Below are positions 47,097 to 56,507 of a stretch of 64,000 nucleotides of DNA, in pieces; the first letter of the stretch is position 1; each line of letters opens with the position of its first letter. The position numbers and the translations under genes were made by a program. Below the pieces are notes generated by a model. The model searched no databases, was not told the origin of the DNA, and saw nothing but the letters and a program-made list of their open reading frames with translations. Source of the stretch: a virus (lineage: Duplodnaviria > Caudoviricetes); the IMG/VR virus record IMGVR_UViG_3300047157_000186. One strand, 5' to 3'.

Positions 47097-48710
47097 ATGA
47101 GTACATTCGGAGATATTAGAAATAACTTTCAGATTGCAATGAACAGAAAACAAGCTGAAATAAATGAGAAAGTCAAATATAATTACAAAAGAGAATTTTT
47201 TAACTCAGCATATACTGATTGGATGAAATCTGCTTCTTATCCAGGTGCGATCACTAAATTTGGTACAGGTGAACAATTAAGAGCAGATTTAGGGGTAGAA
47301 CCAACTGACAATACAACTCAAATGTTAATAGCATCTGGTTTACCTAAAGATTATTTTGAAATTGAAATACAATATCCTGGAGATGACAAATCACTTTCCG
47401 GAACATTTCCAACCGTAGTTGTTACGATACTAAAAGATATTAATATTGGAACTGAAACTTTTTTAAAAGGTGAAGAATATCTTATTGTAAGTAATGTGGC
47501 TAAAACAAAAACCGGAGAAAAAGCAATAATAGGAAGAGGTAAATTAACACCTAAGGCTCTAGGACTAGATGGAAAGGGAGCTACTTATGGAACAATAGAT
47601 ATTATATGTAAAGCAGCTATTGATGCAGTTGAAAAAAAATACGGTAACACCTTTCCTAAACCATACATAGACTATATTAAAGATCTAGTAGAGTATACTA
47701 GAAATCAAGATACATATAAAATTCCCGGGAATTTAAAAACATTTCTTAAAGAAGCAGGTCAAAGTTTTGAATTGGATTTTGGTAAAAATATACAAGAAGA
47801 ATATGGAATAGACTCGGTTTCATTAGCAAAAATAGCAAATGATTTTGGAGAAATATTAGGAGGTATATTTTTATTCAGTGCAGTTAGCGATCCTGGGACG
47901 GGCTTAAGTTTTCCACAAGGAGCAAATGCTGCGTTAGTAGATTTTCATTTTGATGGATGGGACATATCTTCAAAAGCTGGTAAAAAAGGAGGAACTCCAT
48001 CTATCGTCACGATGTGTGAAATAATACATAATAGAGTTTCTGATAAGAATTCCGAACAGAATTTTGTTTTAGACAAGTCTGAAAGAAAAACATATGATGA
48101 TATAATCAAAGTGATTGCTGATCCTAAAACAAATGGAGGATATACTAAAGAGCCTAATCAAGGAAGACAATCAAATGTATGGCTAACAAATATTGTTTTA
48201 GCAAATAGTCTTTTATATAACAATAAAACTTCCGGATATAGGTCTATTTTAGATAAATTAGGAATAAACAATATGGAAGTTTCTAGGCATATACTTCATG
48301 AAAAAGTAGATGAACTATTTAATAGAGATCAAGGAGAATGGTATAAAATAATGGATGAATTTTGGAGCAAAACAGGTTCCAGGCCTGATGGTTGTAAGAA
48401 TGAACAATCAGCAGTAACATATTATGCTAAAAGACTTAAGAAAAACGACCAATATAGGTTTGGTGTTATTTTTTATCCTATTTCTCAGGAACTAGTAAAA
48501 ACTATAAATAGCAATAAAGTATATGTTGACGGTTTATCTTCTATGGTAAACAGAGTCAGTTCAGTTCAACAGTTGTATTTATTAATAGGTGTAAAATCAA
48601 CAGGCATTCAATTTAAAATTAAAGATTTTGCAGCCGCAAGGTTTCAGTTTAGCGCAGGAACTGGGGCAAATGAGCCATTTAATAAAAACATAGGGCTTGA
48701 ATCTAGATAA
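47097..48710 (+). CDS. large hypothetical protein, possible PD-(D/E)XK nuclease core
   Basis: FGEILG...FP..AN.ALVDF...DISSKAG pattern. Confidence 0.4.
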   Translation: MSTFGDIRNNFQIAMNRKQAEINEKVKYNYKREFFNSAYTDWMKSASYPGAITKFGTGEQLRADLGVEPTDNTTQMLIASGLPKDYFEIEIQYPGDDKSLSGTFPTVVVTILKDINIGTETFLKGEEYLIVSNVAKTKTGEKAIIGRGKLTPKALGLDGKGATYGTIDIICKAAIDAVEKKYGNTFPKPYIDYIKDLVEYTRNQDTYKIPGNLKTFLKEAGQSFELDFGKNIQEEYGIDSVSLAKIANDFGEILGGIFLFSAVSDPGTGLSFPQGANAALVDFHFDGWDISSKAGKKGGTPSIVTMCEIIHNRVSDKNSEQNFVLDKSERKTYDDIIKVIADPKTNGGYTKEPNQGRQSNVWLTNIVLANSLLYNNKTSGYRSILDKLGINNMEVSRHILHEKVDELFNRDQGEWYKIMDEFWSKTGSRPDGCKNEQSAVTYYAKRLKKNDQYRFGVIFYPISQELVKTINSNKVYVDGLSSMVNRVSSVQQLYLLIGVKSTGIQFKIKDFAAARFQFSAGTGANEPFNKNIGLESR

Positions 48711-48762
48711 AAAATAAACCATTCTAAATTTATTCGTATAACATCTATAAACGAATATAAAA

Positions 48763-49509
48763 ATGCAAGATTACACATACATACTAGGTCCTTGTAGTAT
48801 TGAGAACGAGGACAACTTCATGTTAGTTGCTGAAACACTTTATCCATTAATGAATGGAAAAGATTGGTATCTTAAAGGCAGTTTCGATAAAGCTAATAGA
48901 ACTTCAATTCACTCTAATAGAGGTCCAGGTTTGGACGAAGGTATTAATATTATGAGAAATGTCAAAGATAGATTTCCTGATATTAAAATAGTTACTGACA
49001 TTCATGAAACAAGTCAAGCATTACCATTATCTGATGTGGTAGATGTAATTCAAATTCCAGCATTCTTATGTAGACAAACAGATCTATTAGTAGAGTGTGC
49101 AAAACATTTCAATACTATTAATGTTAAGAAAGGACAGTGGTTATCGGCAGATGCTATGAAACATGCTGTTACTAAAATTAAAGAAGTAAATCCTAATTGT
49201 CAAGTTTGGCTTACTGAAAGAGGTTCTAACTTTGGATATGATAGATTAATTGTAGATTTTAGAGGTGTTGATGTAATGAAAGAATTTGCAGACAAAGTTA
49301 TCTTTGATTGTACACACTCTACTCAAATGGCAGGTGACGGTATTACAGGAGGAAGTCGTAAATTGGCAAAGCAATATTCTCAAGCAGCTCGTATATTTGA
49401 ATATGATGGAGTGTTCGTTGAAACACACCCAGATCCTGAAAATGCCATCTCAGATTCAGGTAGTCAAGTAGAATTAGACTGGCTTGTAAATAATTTAAAA
49501 AATATTTAA
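48763..49509 (+). CDS. kdsA: 3-deoxy-8-phosphooctulonate (KDO8P) synthase
   Basis: GPCSIE, KGSFDKANRTS, QIPAFLCRQTDLL, NVKKGQW, TERG, DCTHS, ETHPDP. Confidence 0.93.
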   Translation: MQDYTYILGPCSIENEDNFMLVAETLYPLMNGKDWYLKGSFDKANRTSIHSNRGPGLDEGINIMRNVKDRFPDIKIVTDIHETSQALPLSDVVDVIQIPAFLCRQTDLLVECAKHFNTINVKKGQWLSADAMKHAVTKIKEVNPNCQVWLTERGSNFGYDRLIVDFRGVDVMKEFADKVIFDCTHSTQMAGDGITGGSRKLAKQYSQAARIFEYDGVFVETHPDPENAISDSGSQVELDWLVNNLKNI

Positions 49510-49605
49510 AAAAATAGTATTATATTAAGAAACTATATTATAAAACGTGATATATAATATAAGAGAACGATAAAGTTCTTGTCTCTAAAAATAACGTGTT
49601 TTATA

Positions 49606-49776
49606 ATGGCTGAATTAATTCCAGGAGCTGCGTCGGTTCCTGAGAGTGATTCAACAACCGTAGAAGTTACAAGTGTTAAGAATGATCAAGTATTCGAAGT
49701 AAACGTAGAAGATCTTCAAAACACTGCGGATGATTACGCAAATTGGGTCCATTTCGGGGTCGGTGGTCCAGCTTAA
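49606..49776 (+). CDS. small hypothetical protein
   Basis: After GATATATA, followed by a terminator. Confidence 0.5.
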   Translation: MAELIPGAASVPESDSTTVEVTSVKNDQVFEVNVEDLQNTADDYANWVHFGVGGPA

Positions 49777-49790
49777 ACAAACTCAATGAA

Positions 49791-49820
49791 AAAGCAGCCA
49801 AAAGGCTGCTTTCTTCTTTT
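49791..49820 (+). terminator. intrinsic terminator
   Basis: AAAGCAGCC-AAAA-GGCTGCTTT followed by CTTCTTTT. Confidence 0.8.
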
Positions 49821-49884
49821 ATGAAACAAAAGACGGATAAATAGTATAAGTAATAAGAATTTAATTAAATAAAAAACAAAAATT

Positions 49885-50358
49885 ATGAGCACAACATTAA
49901 TTGTATTGGCATTATTAGCGGTAGCCGCTGGTGCCTATTTCCTTTTGATCAAAAAGGGTAAAATCGAAGATAAAGACGGTGACTTTATTGCAGACGTAGT
50001 AGAAGACAAAGTAGATTCTATTAAGAAAGAAGTAAAGCGTAGAGCTAAAAACGTTAAAGCTGAAATTGGTGATGTTAAAAAAGCATCTAAAGAATTATTG
50101 GATCAAGCATCTGATGTTGCAGAAGCAGCAGCAGGTAAAACTAGAAAAGGTAGAAAACCAGCTGCTAAAAAAGCGCCAGCTAAAAAGAAACCAGCTAAAA
50201 GAAAAGCTAAAACTGGAAAAAATGTATCTAGTGGATCAGGTTCTGGTGCAGGTGAAATTATAGGAGGATCAGGAAAGGGTAGTTCTAGTGGATCAGGTTC
50301 TGGAAAAGGTTCTGGAAAAGGTTCTGGAAAAGGAAAAGGTGGTTCTGGAAAGAAATAA
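49885..50358 (+). CDS. membrane-anchored protein with K/A-rich (histone-like) and GSGK-repeat tail
   Basis: N-terminal TM, KPAAKKAPAKKK, repeated GGTTCTGGAAAA-type units. Confidence 0.7.
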   Translation: MSTTLIVLALLAVAAGAYFLLIKKGKIEDKDGDFIADVVEDKVDSIKKEVKRRAKNVKAEIGDVKKASKELLDQASDVAEAAAGKTRKGRKPAAKKAPAKKKPAKRKAKTGKNVSSGSGSGAGEIIGGSGKGSSSGSGSGKGSGKGSGKGKGGSGKK

Positions 50359-50390
50359 GAATATATAAATAAAAATATACAATCAAAAAT

Positions 50391-52406
50391 ATGTCATCAT
50401 TTATAAATTTCAATAATAAAAATGACTCTGCAATAAATTTATATTCTGCAGAAGTAATTAAAGAAGCTTTATTGATATCTGAAACTAAAAGTCCTATTAA
50501 AGCTACTAAAATTGTAGAGGATATTAAAGAACCTGTTGTATTAAACGAGGCTTTAAATCTTTTTACAGATAAATTAACAGCGGTTAAATCACTATCTAGT
50601 GCTATAATTACAGTAAATGAAGGTAGAGTTAAGCAATTTGAAATGGATTTCAAAGATATGGTTAATGATATTAAAAAAGGTTATGGTTGGATAGATCCTG
50701 AATATGTTGCCCAAACTTGGGACAATTCTAGTGATTCTATTGACTTCAGTTTAGTAAGAGATGAAATATTTGATAGATTAATTGATGCTGGTTTATTAGC
50801 ACATCCAGATCCTAGTAATCCTGAAAAAGCAGGTAAGAAACTTAAATCAGCCAAAGAATTATATGCATTCGAAAATAATGAAACTAAGTTAGAAGAAGGC
50901 AAATCAATTACTAAAATTCAAAAAGAGTATGGCCAAGTTGTAAAAGACATGGTAACTACTGTTGAAGAATGGAAAGCAGCTGAAGGTGACAGAAAGACTG
51001 AACTATTAGAAAAACTAAGAGCATTAACTGCACAGAAAAAAGATTTACTATCTCAATTAGACGATGCTGTAGGTTTAAAAGATGTTCATGCAGAATTAGC
51101 TGAATCAGTAGTTATTACTGAAGGTTCTAGTAAAGAATTTGAAAAAGCTCTTGCACATTATGCGGAAATTGGTGGACATTCAGACAATGGTCGCGGAGAC
51201 TTAGTTGATGCTTATTGGAAATTGTTAAATAAAAAGCAACGTGATGAATATTTTATGCCATTGGCACATGCGCAATATGCTAAAAATCATAAAGTTGGTT
51301 GGGCAAAAGAAGTTACTGAACATCACAGCGAAAATCCAAATGACAAATATGAAGTAAGACATTGTGATAAACCAGAAACACCATATGGTGTTTGGGAAGG
51401 CGATACATTAGTTAAATGTTTTGAACTTGAAGAAGATGCATTTGCTTTTGCTAAAGAACAAAATAAAGAACAAGGCTTAAGTGAAAATAGAGAATTAATG
51501 GCAATAGATTCTTATTTAAATACAAAAGACGAAGAAGTTTTAATCGATTTCTTAGACGATGCATATGGAAATTCCGATGATAGAAAAACTAGAAAAGAAT
51601 GGGAAGATGCAAGAAAAGATCTTGGTTATAGTGAATTAGTTGATTATGCAGTAGCTCATGCTGAAAACTTTGGTATGGACTTACAAGATATAGAAGATGC
51701 TATAGAAGTTTATGAAGCAAAAACAATCAATGAAAAAGATGATGCTGGAACACACTTAGACAATTTAGCTGATTTAGTAGGAAATGCTAAATCATTTATG
51801 AATGTTGGTAAAGAATTAAAAGCTGGTAATTACAAATATGACTTTAGTACTGGTATGATGCCAATGTATATGATAAAAGCAGACGGTTTTAAATTCGCAA
51901 TACTAAACAAGAAGTATGTTGATGGTGGTGATAGAGAAGTTGGAGATATTGCAATTGGTTTAATGGAATCAGTGAATGAAAGAAGTTATGGTCAGAATTC
52001 AGATGATGCTTTAATACTTATTCAACAAGCACTTAAAGGAATGAAAAACATGAAGGCTGAAATCAAAGGCGATACTGTAATTATTTCTAATAAAGCTAAA
52101 GATGAATTTACATACTCATTAAATGACGGCGGTGATGTTCAAGAATTTATTGACGAATTAGAAGAATCAGTAGTTGAAGTAACATTAGATTCACTAGTTG
52201 AAAAATTTGCATTAGACACTGAAGTAAATGAAGATATTAGAGGTGATGTAAAAAAATTCATTAGAGATAATAAAGAAGTATTAAATGATTTAGCAGATCA
52301 AGATTTATGGGATGAAATGTATCAAAAACTATATGATGAGTTTGGTGTAGATGCAGATTCTATTAAAGCTAAAGATCTATTAAAGACTTTTCAATTCGTA
52401 TTTTAA
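50391..52406 (+). CDS. large acidic multi-module protein (putative internal head polyprotein)
   Basis: Modules separated by (I/L/V)xE sites: LNE, VNE, LEE, ITE, LSE, INE, VNE, VNE. Confidence 0.6.
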   Translation: MSSFINFNNKNDSAINLYSAEVIKEALLISETKSPIKATKIVEDIKEPVVLNEALNLFTDKLTAVKSLSSAIITVNEGRVKQFEMDFKDMVNDIKKGYGWIDPEYVAQTWDNSSDSIDFSLVRDEIFDRLIDAGLLAHPDPSNPEKAGKKLKSAKELYAFENNETKLEEGKSITKIQKEYGQVVKDMVTTVEEWKAAEGDRKTELLEKLRALTAQKKDLLSQLDDAVGLKDVHAELAESVVITEGSSKEFEKALAHYAEIGGHSDNGRGDLVDAYWKLLNKKQRDEYFMPLAHAQYAKNHKVGWAKEVTEHHSENPNDKYEVRHCDKPETPYGVWEGDTLVKCFELEEDAFAFAKEQNKEQGLSENRELMAIDSYLNTKDEEVLIDFLDDAYGNSDDRKTRKEWEDARKDLGYSELVDYAVAHAENFGMDLQDIEDAIEVYEAKTINEKDDAGTHLDNLADLVGNAKSFMNVGKELKAGNYKYDFSTGMMPMYMIKADGFKFAILNKKYVDGGDREVGDIAIGLMESVNERSYGQNSDDALILIQQALKGMKNMKAEIKGDTVIISNKAKDEFTYSLNDGGDVQEFIDELEESVVEVTLDSLVEKFALDTEVNEDIRGDVKKFIRDNKEVLNDLADQDLWDEMYQKLYDEFGVDADSIKAKDLLKTFQFVF

Positions 52407-52440
52407 ATTGTTCGTAACTTTTTAAAAATAAAAAGCCAAA

Positions 52441-52482
52441 TATTTTTTTATTTGGCTTTTTTTTGGTATATTAGTAGTATAA
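52441..52482 (+). promoter_or_regulatory. class-1 promoter repeat
   Basis: TATATTAG at 52467, with upstream TTGTTCGTAACTTTTT block. Confidence 0.65.
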
Positions 52483-52499
52483 TTAAAAAACAAATAGAG

Positions 52500-52874
52500 A
52501 TGGACACAATTTTAACATTCGTACTAAGAAATTCACTAGGTGATTGTACAAACAATGGTTTAACTTCTAGAGAAGATAGCATTATTCTTCACTATGGACA
52601 AAATTTACAAACTGACTTAATTCCAGATGATGAGTTGATACTCGTTGAAAGAACAATATTTGGAAAACAATCTAATTACGCAGTTCCTGCAGGATTATTT
52701 AAAAGTGGAAGACACTCTATGGCTGGTGGTAATTTTATCTACACATCAGATTCAAGATTCCCATCAGATGCTCCTATTTCAGTTCATGATAGAGTTGAAA
52801 CTAGTAAATGGGAAAAACAAGAAGAGAAAGAATTTAATGATAGTTTAAATATACAGAGTTTTAGTTTATCTTAA
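52500..52874 (+). CDS. conserved phage hypothetical protein
   Basis: GDCTNNGLTS...GGNFIYTSDSRF...VHDRVE. Confidence 0.65.
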   Translation: MDTILTFVLRNSLGDCTNNGLTSREDSIILHYGQNLQTDLIPDDELILVERTIFGKQSNYAVPAGLFKSGRHSMAGGNFIYTSDSRFPSDAPISVHDRVETSKWEKQEEKEFNDSLNIQSFSLS

Positions 52875-52883
52875 AAAAACATT

Positions 52884-53384
52884 ATGCGTAGTAATTTAAG
52901 AAATGCAGTGTTAATTACATTTTTACCTTTTATGATATCGCCTAGTTATAGAGCAGATCATTCTAGAAAAATTATTGAACATGTAGAGAGAATTGAACCT
53001 AAGCCTATAGAAGAAATAGTAATTGAGCCAAAAATTGATAAATTAATTATGGCATTAATTCAAGTAGAATCAATGGGCAATGATTCTGCAATAGGTGATA
53101 CACATCTAAAAGAGCCTTCAATTGGAGTTTTACAACTTAGACCCATTATGGTAAGAGAAGTTAATAGAATTCTAAAAAAACAGAAAATCAAAAAGAAGTT
53201 TAAATTAAAGGACAGATTTAGTAAAGATAAATCTATAGAAATGTTTTTGATTTGGAAAAACTATCATCATCCAGAAGGAGGTTTTGAAACTATTGCAAGA
53301 AACTGGAATGGTGGACCAAGAGGATATAAAAATCCAAGAACAGAACACTATTGGGCTAAAGTACAATTAGAGTTAAATAAATAG
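52884..53384 (+). CDS. lytic transglycosylase (SLT/lysozyme-like) with N-terminal anchor
   Basis: ALIQVES.GN..A, GVLQL, ARNWNGGP. Confidence 0.75.
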   Translation: MRSNLRNAVLITFLPFMISPSYRADHSRKIIEHVERIEPKPIEEIVIEPKIDKLIMALIQVESMGNDSAIGDTHLKEPSIGVLQLRPIMVREVNRILKKQKIKKKFKLKDRFSKDKSIEMFLIWKNYHHPEGGFETIARNWNGGPRGYKNPRTEHYWAKVQLELNK

Positions 53385-53415
53385 GATATATAGATTATAA
53401 AAAATATATTTTATT

Positions 53416-53718
53416 ATGAAACACACAAAAATGTTTGAAGACTTTATAAACGAATGTGAATGCGGAGGTAATTGCTCATGTGAATCTTCTAAAAAACAAC
53501 CTATTGTAGAAGCGAACGCTGATGGTACTATTTCAGATGACGAAGATGAGAGAAGAGAAGAACTAGAAATGGAAGTATATAATGAAGCAAAATCATTTGC
53601 AGAATCTGTAAAAGAAAGAGCTTATGAAATAGGTGGAAGCTTTAGAGGACCAGGTATTCAATCTGACGTAACTAAGCAAATCAAAAAAGCGTTTAAGGAT
53701 GCTAAATTTAAATTATAA
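53416..53718 (+). CDS. CTS-leader protein
   Basis: MKHTKMFEDFINE. Confidence 0.65.
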   Translation: MKHTKMFEDFINECECGGNCSCESSKKQPIVEANADGTISDDEDERREELEMEVYNEAKSFAESVKERAYEIGGSFRGPGIQSDVTKQIKKAFKDAKFKL

Positions 53719-53723
53719 TTATT

Positions 53724-54074
53724 ATGAAACACGTAAAACTATTCGAAGATTTTACTAATGAAACTTCTCATTTAACTAAAAAAAGCAGAGCTGGTCTTTC
53801 TAAAAAAGAAACTTTAAAGGTTGCACAGAAATTTGCAGATGCTCTTACAAAATTAGACGGTAAAGAATACACTGTTAGTGATGATTATGAAGAGGACTCA
53901 TTCGACCTAGATATTGACGGAGACGAATATGCAGGTGGTTCATATAACATTAATTCTGATGGTACTGTAGTTAATATGGCAGTTTGGAATAGTTCTAATG
54001 AATCTCCAGTATATGGTGATAAAGATGATGATGTTAAAACCATTATTAAAAAAATAAAAAAATTAAACTTTTAA
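53724..54074 (+). CDS. CTS-leader protein
   Basis: MKHVKLFEDFTNE. Confidence 0.65.
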   Translation: MKHVKLFEDFTNETSHLTKKSRAGLSKKETLKVAQKFADALTKLDGKEYTVSDDYEEDSFDLDIDGDEYAGGSYNINSDGTVVNMAVWNSSNESPVYGDKDDDVKTIIKKIKKLNF

Positions 54075-54076
54075 TT

Positions 54077-54385
54077 ATGAAAAAAGTAAAATTGTTTGAA
54101 GAGTACGTGAGCGAGTCAAGAGGTGATTTTCAAATATATCACAGAACATACTCTTCAACTATAGACGAAATTGAAAGATACGCAGCAGTAAAGGGTTATC
54201 ATCTTGATAGTGAGGAATATGGTAATGCATATGTTGATGCATTCTTTAAACCAAAAGAAGGTGCAACTAAAAAAGATACATTAAGTTTATATAAAAACGA
54301 CAAAGAACAAAAGAAAGCTTTACATGTTCAAATATACGGTAGAAGTGGAACAGCTGGATATGAATTAAATATGTACATTAATTAA
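54077..54385 (+). CDS. CTS-leader protein
   Basis: MKKVKLFEEYVSE. Confidence 0.65.
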   Translation: MKKVKLFEEYVSESRGDFQIYHRTYSSTIDEIERYAAVKGYHLDSEEYGNAYVDAFFKPKEGATKKDTLSLYKNDKEQKKALHVQIYGRSGTAGYELNMYIN

Positions 54386-54396
54386 ATTATAATAAC

Positions 54397-55425
54397 ATGG
54401 CAAAAGTATACACAGTATGGGGATCTAACCCAGAAAAAGGTAACCGTTTTGATAAAGCTGAAGAATGGATAGCAGCTTTATTTGAATCTGAAGAAGAAGC
54501 AAACGACTTTAAAGAAGCTGAAAGCAAAAATTACAAATTTATAGAACAGACTATTTATGATACTAATAAGGGTATACGTGTAGCTAGTGGTTTTCATAGT
54601 GCTAGAATTTTTTGTGAAGATATGACTAAAAACAAGGCTAAAAAAGAATTACTAAATTTAAACACTAGGTGTTCAGCATACTTTAATAATCCTATAGAAG
54701 CCGGAAGTTACGTTAAATTCGATAAAAATGGATTTGTTGATGGTAAAGGATATGATTTTTATTCCAATGAGGATAATAAAATCCAAGAATCTAAAAGGAC
54801 ATTAAAATCCTTTGTAGAGGTAAAGTTATTTGAAGAGTTTATAAACGAAGCAAGACAAGCACCTGCTAAGAAACTATTTAAAATGATAGTTAATGGTAGT
54901 ACTTCTGAAATTGAAGGAGTTAAAATATCTAAAGATATGGCTCAAGCGGCATTAGATTGGTTTGATAGATCTACTTACGCTAGAAAATATGAAAAGCAAG
55001 TTAAGACTGCTGGTATGGGCGCTGTAGCTCCACTAATCTTTGGAGATAATTGGGGTATTAAGAAAACTATTTCCTCTAAACTTAAAACTGAATTTAAAGA
55101 ATTACAAACACAGTATAAAAGAGCGGTAACTGAAAGTGTTAATGAATCAGCAACTGATTTATTAGCCGATGAAATTGATGATGCAAAAGTATATGATGCT
55201 TTTTCAGACGGTCAATCAGTAAATGCTAGATCAACTGCTAAAACATGGGACGATGGAGTTCCTGTATTAAAGTATATTGCTAGAGCTTCTAAAAAAAGTG
55301 TTAAATTACCCAAAGAATTTAAAGTAGTAGATGATACTAAATATGGATGGTGGTATTTTTTTAGTGCAGGAAAATGGCATGGCATCCAACAAAAAGATTA
55401 TGGAACACCTCCATTTGAATACTAA
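54397..55425 (+). CDS. multi-module protein with internal CTS-like motif
   Basis: Internal VKLFEEFINEA. Confidence 0.65.
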   Translation: MAKVYTVWGSNPEKGNRFDKAEEWIAALFESEEEANDFKEAESKNYKFIEQTIYDTNKGIRVASGFHSARIFCEDMTKNKAKKELLNLNTRCSAYFNNPIEAGSYVKFDKNGFVDGKGYDFYSNEDNKIQESKRTLKSFVEVKLFEEFINEARQAPAKKLFKMIVNGSTSEIEGVKISKDMAQAALDWFDRSTYARKYEKQVKTAGMGAVAPLIFGDNWGIKKTISSKLKTEFKELQTQYKRAVTESVNESATDLLADEIDDAKVYDAFSDGQSVNARSTAKTWDDGVPVLKYIARASKKSVKLPKEFKVVDDTKYGWWYFFSAGKWHGIQQKDYGTPPFEY

Positions 55426-55466
55426 TAATAGTAAATCGTATTTTAAAATAATGGAAGGAGACAGTA

Positions 55467-55703
55467 GTGGACATATCGAAAAACTTAACAAGCCGCCTAG
55501 CGAATTGGAGCATGATGATAGCTCTATTTTTCAACCCTCTTGGGTTCGACGTAATCCAATATTGGCTAACGACAATCACTGGAAGTCTTTGGTACGCCAA
55601 TTTAGTTATGTATGTTATGGCGGGATTATTCTTTGGATTGGCTATCTTATTTCGGTGGCGGTCTCGTAAAAAGATTGAAACTTCTAATACTTCAGACGTA
55701 TAA
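55467..55703 (+). CDS. small membrane protein
   Basis: Two TM helices (LFFNPLGFDVIQY...); competing overlapping ORFs exist. Confidence 0.45.
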   Translation: MDISKNLTSRLANWSMMIALFFNPLGFDVIQYWLTTITGSLWYANLVMYVMAGLFFGLAILFRWRSRKKIETSNTSDV

Positions 55704-55715
55704 ATAATAAACATC

Positions 55716-56507
55716 ATGTTATTAATTTCTAACAGAGGTAATATTAATGGTCCTAATTCACTTTTAGAAAATACACCAGATTATATAGACTCAACGATAG
55801 ATCAAGGGTATAACGTAAAAATAGATTTATGGTATATTCATGATAAATGTTTTTTAGGACAAGATGGTCCTAAAAATGAAGTTTCATGGGAATGGATTAT
55901 TAAAAATGCAGATTATTTATGGGTAAATTGCATGAATACATCAACATTTTCATTTCTACTAGAAAATGCCAAACCACTAAATTTTTTTTATAATAAATTA
56001 GATTCAATAGCAATGACTTCTCAAGGATTTGCATGGTCTAATAACAATGATTTTTCAAAAGGCACAATAGTCTATAATACAGATGCAATTGAAGGTGTAT
56101 TAGGTGTATGTTCAGATACTGTATCTAAATGGTCAAAACAGATAGCCATATGTTTTTATGGTGAAGCTGGTCTGCCTAACAAGAAAACCATAAAGAATCA
56201 TAAGGATAATATGATAACTCCTCTAACAGAGTTGGGATATCATCTGGAATACTATGGCTCTAAACGATTAAATCACAAAGAGAATGATCTTAAATTTAAT
56301 AAGATATATAATTTTAAAGGATTACGTTCTCATTTAGCTGATAACGAGAAAGAATCTGATGACTTGGATAAAACTCACATTGCTTCAATATATGAAATGA
56401 TAGGTTCTCATCCATATGAAACAGCATTCTTTATACGTTGGGACCAAAAGTTAACAAGCACAGAGATAATTGATCATATAAAAACATACGATAAAAATGA
56501 AAATTAA
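55716..56507 (+). CDS. GDPD/PLC-like phosphodiesterase homolog, catalytic residues substituted, plus C-terminal extension
   Basis: ISNRGN..GP...ENTP, VKIDLW, LGQD, WVNC in place of ISHRG, VEIDVW, LGHD, WIHC. Confidence 0.6.
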   Translation: MLLISNRGNINGPNSLLENTPDYIDSTIDQGYNVKIDLWYIHDKCFLGQDGPKNEVSWEWIIKNADYLWVNCMNTSTFSFLLENAKPLNFFYNKLDSIAMTSQGFAWSNNNDFSKGTIVYNTDAIEGVLGVCSDTVSKWSKQIAICFYGEAGLPNKKTIKNHKDNMITPLTELGYHLEYYGSKRLNHKENDLKFNKIYNFKGLRSHLADNEKESDDLDKTHIASIYEMIGSHPYETAFFIRWDQKLTSTEIIDHIKTYDKNEN

